A stretch of DNA of 64,000 nucleotides from Antedon mediterranea (lineage: Eukaryota; Animalia; Echinodermata): NCBI RefSeq assembly GCF_964355755.1, contig NC_092677.1, positions 27,081,175-27,145,174 on the forward strand. The letters are read 5' to 3'. Both the position numbers and the translations under genes were made by a program. The notes under the pieces were generated by a model, which had not been told where the DNA came from, ran no database searches, and worked only from the letters and a program-made list of their open reading frames with translations. This document shows, piece by piece, positions 61,057 to 64,000 of this stretch; within the stretch, counting starts at the first letter, position 1, and each line of letters starts with the position of its first letter.

Positions 61057-61228
61057 AATAATAATAATAATAATAAGCTTTATTTAATCACGGATACTTA
61101 ACTCAACTAAAAGTTGTTTTTCAGTAAGACCGTGCTCAAAGGAAAACACCAACAAAAATAAATGTAAAAAGCAAAAATCAAATCAAGTAATAAAACAATT
61201 ACAGAAGCAAAAAAAAACAAAAGCAGAT
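61057..61228 (-). mobile_element. Probable 5'-truncated retrotransposon 3' tail inside the minisatellite
   Basis: The minus strand ends AATAAAG followed by (TTA)6, a pattern typical of CR1/L2-type tails. It separates two blocks of the same minisatellite. Confidence 0.5.
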
Positions 61229-61447
61229 GGTGCTATGCTGTCTGCTGGGGGTGCCATGGGCTGTCTGCTGGGGGTGCCATGGGCTGTCTGCTGGGGGGTG
61301 CCATGGGATGGGCTGTCTGCTGGGGTGCCATGGGCTGTCTGCTGGGGTGCCATGGGCTGTCTGCTGGGGTGCCATGGGCTGTCTGCTGGGGTGCCATGGG
61401 CTGTCTGCTGGGGTGCCATGGGCTGTCTGCTGGGGTGCCATGGGGGC
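61229..61447. repeat. Second block of the 23-bp minisatellite, ~9 copies
   Basis: Same unit, mostly the 22-bp G4 variant. Confidence 0.95.
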
Positions 61448-61628
61448 CTAGTATTCATGTGGTTTCATTCTGATGTTCCATGACAGCGCTAATTATTATA
61501 AGAATAATTTTTTGGTATACTGTATAATTTTGAAAAGCATAACTTTGTCATTTTTAAATATTTAAAGAATCTTATTTTTTAGATCAAAACATTTCTATAA
61601 TTGTGGAAGCCAGTAAACAAAACTGAAG

Positions 61629-63469
61629 ATGGAAATAGATGAAAGACTTCGCTGGTTTGAAGTCCATATAACATCAAGTTTACGGCCAAGGAACGATGAC
61701 CTAAAAACATTATTTAATAGTGATGAATATAGGTATAAATGCTAATTATTATTATATTATTTTTAATATTATAATTATTTACTTTTTTACAAAAACAAAA
61801 TGAAAAACAAAATAACAAAAAAGAAATCAGTTGAGTTTCTAATATAATAATAATAATAAAGAACATTTATGATTTTCCTTAAAAAATGATCACTAACAAC
61901 ATAAATAAAACCATCATAGGTGTCTTAATGTGATTTTTGAATGACATGATCTATTTCCTTTTAGGTTATGTATAAATATAAACACTACAAAAATAATGAA
62001 TATTTTAAGATTTCTTTTTACTGGTATTTGTTTATATGTAAAAAAATCTTTATTTAATTTCAGACAAGTTTTTATGGAATTTTGCAATAATGAGGACATA
62101 CGACGTCTGTTTGTGTACTGCAAAGAGCCAAAGTCCACACTTGTCGTTTCACTTCACCCACCTATTAAATTGCTTGGCAAGGCCATGTTCTTCCTCAAAA
62201 CAAACCAGGCTTCCAAGTTAACAAAGGACAATATCAGAGAGGATGTGGTGTATACAGACTGTAATGCTGTAGCCCTTAACCAGATTGATCTTCTTGCTAG
62301 AGAGGTAATTTAACCGTGGATCAGTAGCGTAACGCAGAGGCCTGAGGCCACGTGTTTAGAAACCCTAAGTGGCGATGGAGGCCTCGGGCGTTTTTAGCCC
62401 TTTTTAACATATTTTTATGTTGTAATTTTGTACATTGACATTATTATAAATGTGTAGTTTTGTAATGAAACTCAAAACGAAATGTGTTGGCTATAGAGTA
62501 TCACGGTGCTGACGTCACGACAGTGGGTGGTGCTGCGTGGTTGAGCGCAACCAAAAATGCGTTCAACCTGCCTGAGTGACTCCAAAGCATCGAGATATCG
62601 CATATCACTGCTCCAAGGTCACCAATGGTTTGGAATAGGCTTATTGAAGTAGTCATTTTAAAACATAATAATTTTCAATAAAAACAAACTAAAATTTCAA
62701 AAGATCACTAAATATTTGTTTTTAATAATCTATTTACTCTTCAACTACAGTTTAAGTTAAAAAAAAAATCAAGCTAAGATACATAATTTGATAGAAATAC
62801 AGATCTTTACAGTTTATCAACATAGTAGCGTTGAACGCATTTTTGGGTTGGCTAGCAACCATGCAGTGCTCTCTATCGTTGTGACGTCACAGCGTGATAC
62901 TCTATAGTGAGAAAAGAACAAAAATAAAAATCAAGCTCTGATGATAATGATATTTCTTGATTCTCTATTCATAGGTTTACCTTCCATTACTTTGTACTGA
63001 TGGGGTTCAGACCTATGGTAGTGTCAGTGCAGATAAGTTGCTTGATATTTTGCATAGGATGATGGGTATGGCTGAGGTCACTGAAGGTCATCTAGAGGTA
63101 ATTGCAATATTATATCAAAATTGTTAGTCTTTAAATTTATCATAAAGTTTGATGACATGATGATATTTCAAATACAGAATTCAATATAACTTTTTGTATA
63201 TAATAATAATATCATGGATTTTTAAAATGTTTTTAAATTTTGTGAAACCACTAAGTGCTGTAAATATTATTACTCCCATAATGCAGCTAGTAATCAGCGC
63301 AAAGTTATGTCTTGACTTTACGGGTATGTCTTTGTTATTTTTAGGGCACAATAACTCTTCCTTTACCATCCATTGAGGTGCTAGCTGAGGCTGCGAATCT
63401 TCCAACCAGACGTGCAGCAGTAATCCATGTCTTGGAGTCTTCCGTTATTGGATGGATTAAACAAATACG
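61629..63469 (+). CDS. Axonemal dynein heavy chain-like gene, N-terminal exons (partial; presumably continues beyond the window)
   Basis: Exons 61629-61732 (MEIDERLRWFEVHITSSLR), 62064-62304 (KAMFFLK...QIDLLARE), 62975-63097 (VYLPLL...LHR) and 63346-63469 (GTITLPLP...IHVLESSVIGWIKQIR) splice in frame. They resemble the start of the DHC_N1 tail of outer-arm heavy chains. An upstream X-box supports a ciliary gene. Confidence 0.72.
62491..62907. mobile_element. MITE with long imperfect TIRs (unclassified)
   Basis: ctatagagtatcacg...tgacgtcac...aaaaatgcgttcaac is mirrored by gttgaacgcattttt...gtgacgtca...cgtgatactctatag. Confidence 0.75.
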
Positions 63470-63547
63470 AGTAAGAGATGGAAGATTAATTATTGTGTTT
63501 TATTTTATAGCTTTAGGTTGCGTCTACCCCTGCCTTGCCCAAACAGA

Positions 63548-64000
63548 CTTGTATCCCTTATATCCATTATATCCCTTATATCCCTTATATCCCTTATATC
63601 CCTTATATACATTATATCCCTTGTATCCCTTGTATCCCTTGTATCCCTTGTATCCATTATATCCCTTATATCCCTTGTATCCCTTGTATCCCTTGTATCC
63701 ATTATATCCCTTGTATCCCTTATATCCCTTGTATCCCTTTTATCCATTATATCCCTTATATCCCTTATATCCCTTGTATCCCTTATATCCCTTATATCCC
63801 TTATATCCCTTGTATCCCTTGTATCCCTTGTATCCCTTGTATCCCTTATATCCATTATATCCCTTGTATCCCTTATATCCATTATATCCCTTATATCCCT
63901 TATATCCCTTATATCCCTTATATCCCTTATATCCCTTATATCCCTTATATCCCTTATATCCATTATATCCATTATATCCATTATATCCCTTATATCCCTT
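63548..64000. repeat. 9-bp tandem repeat (TATCCCTTA / TATCCCTTG / TATCCATTA), ~50 copies, running off the window
   Basis: A regular 9-bp period is directly visible. Confidence 0.98.

Noticed and set aside
59825-61483. Long ORFs (up to 414 aa) in many frames on both strands
   Set aside because: They are a by-product of a stop-free 23-bp minisatellite; frequent 1-bp G-run indels show no frame conservation.
63511-63550. Possible further dynein exon (VASTPALPKQT)
   Set aside because: It does not resemble the expected continuation of the dynein tail and runs into the repeat, so it was left out of the CDS.
63505-63981. 158-aa DIRDIR repeat ORF
   Set aside because: It is the translation of the 9-bp tandem repeat, antisense to the dynein gene.

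Overview
AT-rich, intron-rich animal genomic DNA, probably from a marine invertebrate deuterostome (echinoderm-like; inferred from repeat and gene style, not proven). By following GT-AG junctions by eye I reconstructed ten spliced protein-coding genes: an FMO (-, runs off the left edge), UFC1 (-) head-to-head with DDX6 (+), a secreted F5/8C-EGF-C1q mosaic protein (+), an SLC7 light-chain amino-acid transporter (-), an SPMIP7/SPATA48-like ciliary gene (-), TPX2 (-) head-to-head with CIAPIN1 (+), and mitochondrial PDF (-) head-to-head with the 5' end of an axonemal dynein heavy chain-like gene (+, runs off the right edge). Introns carry two abundant Harbinger-like MITE families, hAT-like elements with unusual 5- and 6-bp TSDs, SINE/LINE fragments, Penelope-type hammerhead remnants and minisatellites. 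There is no CRISPR array, rRNA or intact tRNA. I cannot support a wholly new multi-gene system. The best leads are the unusual F5/8C-EGF-C1q architecture, a strong excess of the palindrome TAGGCCTA, stop-codon-spanning tandem duplications in DDX6 and PDF, and an ATF4-type element cluster in the SLC7 first intron. Exon boundaries are hand-called and may be off by a few bases.
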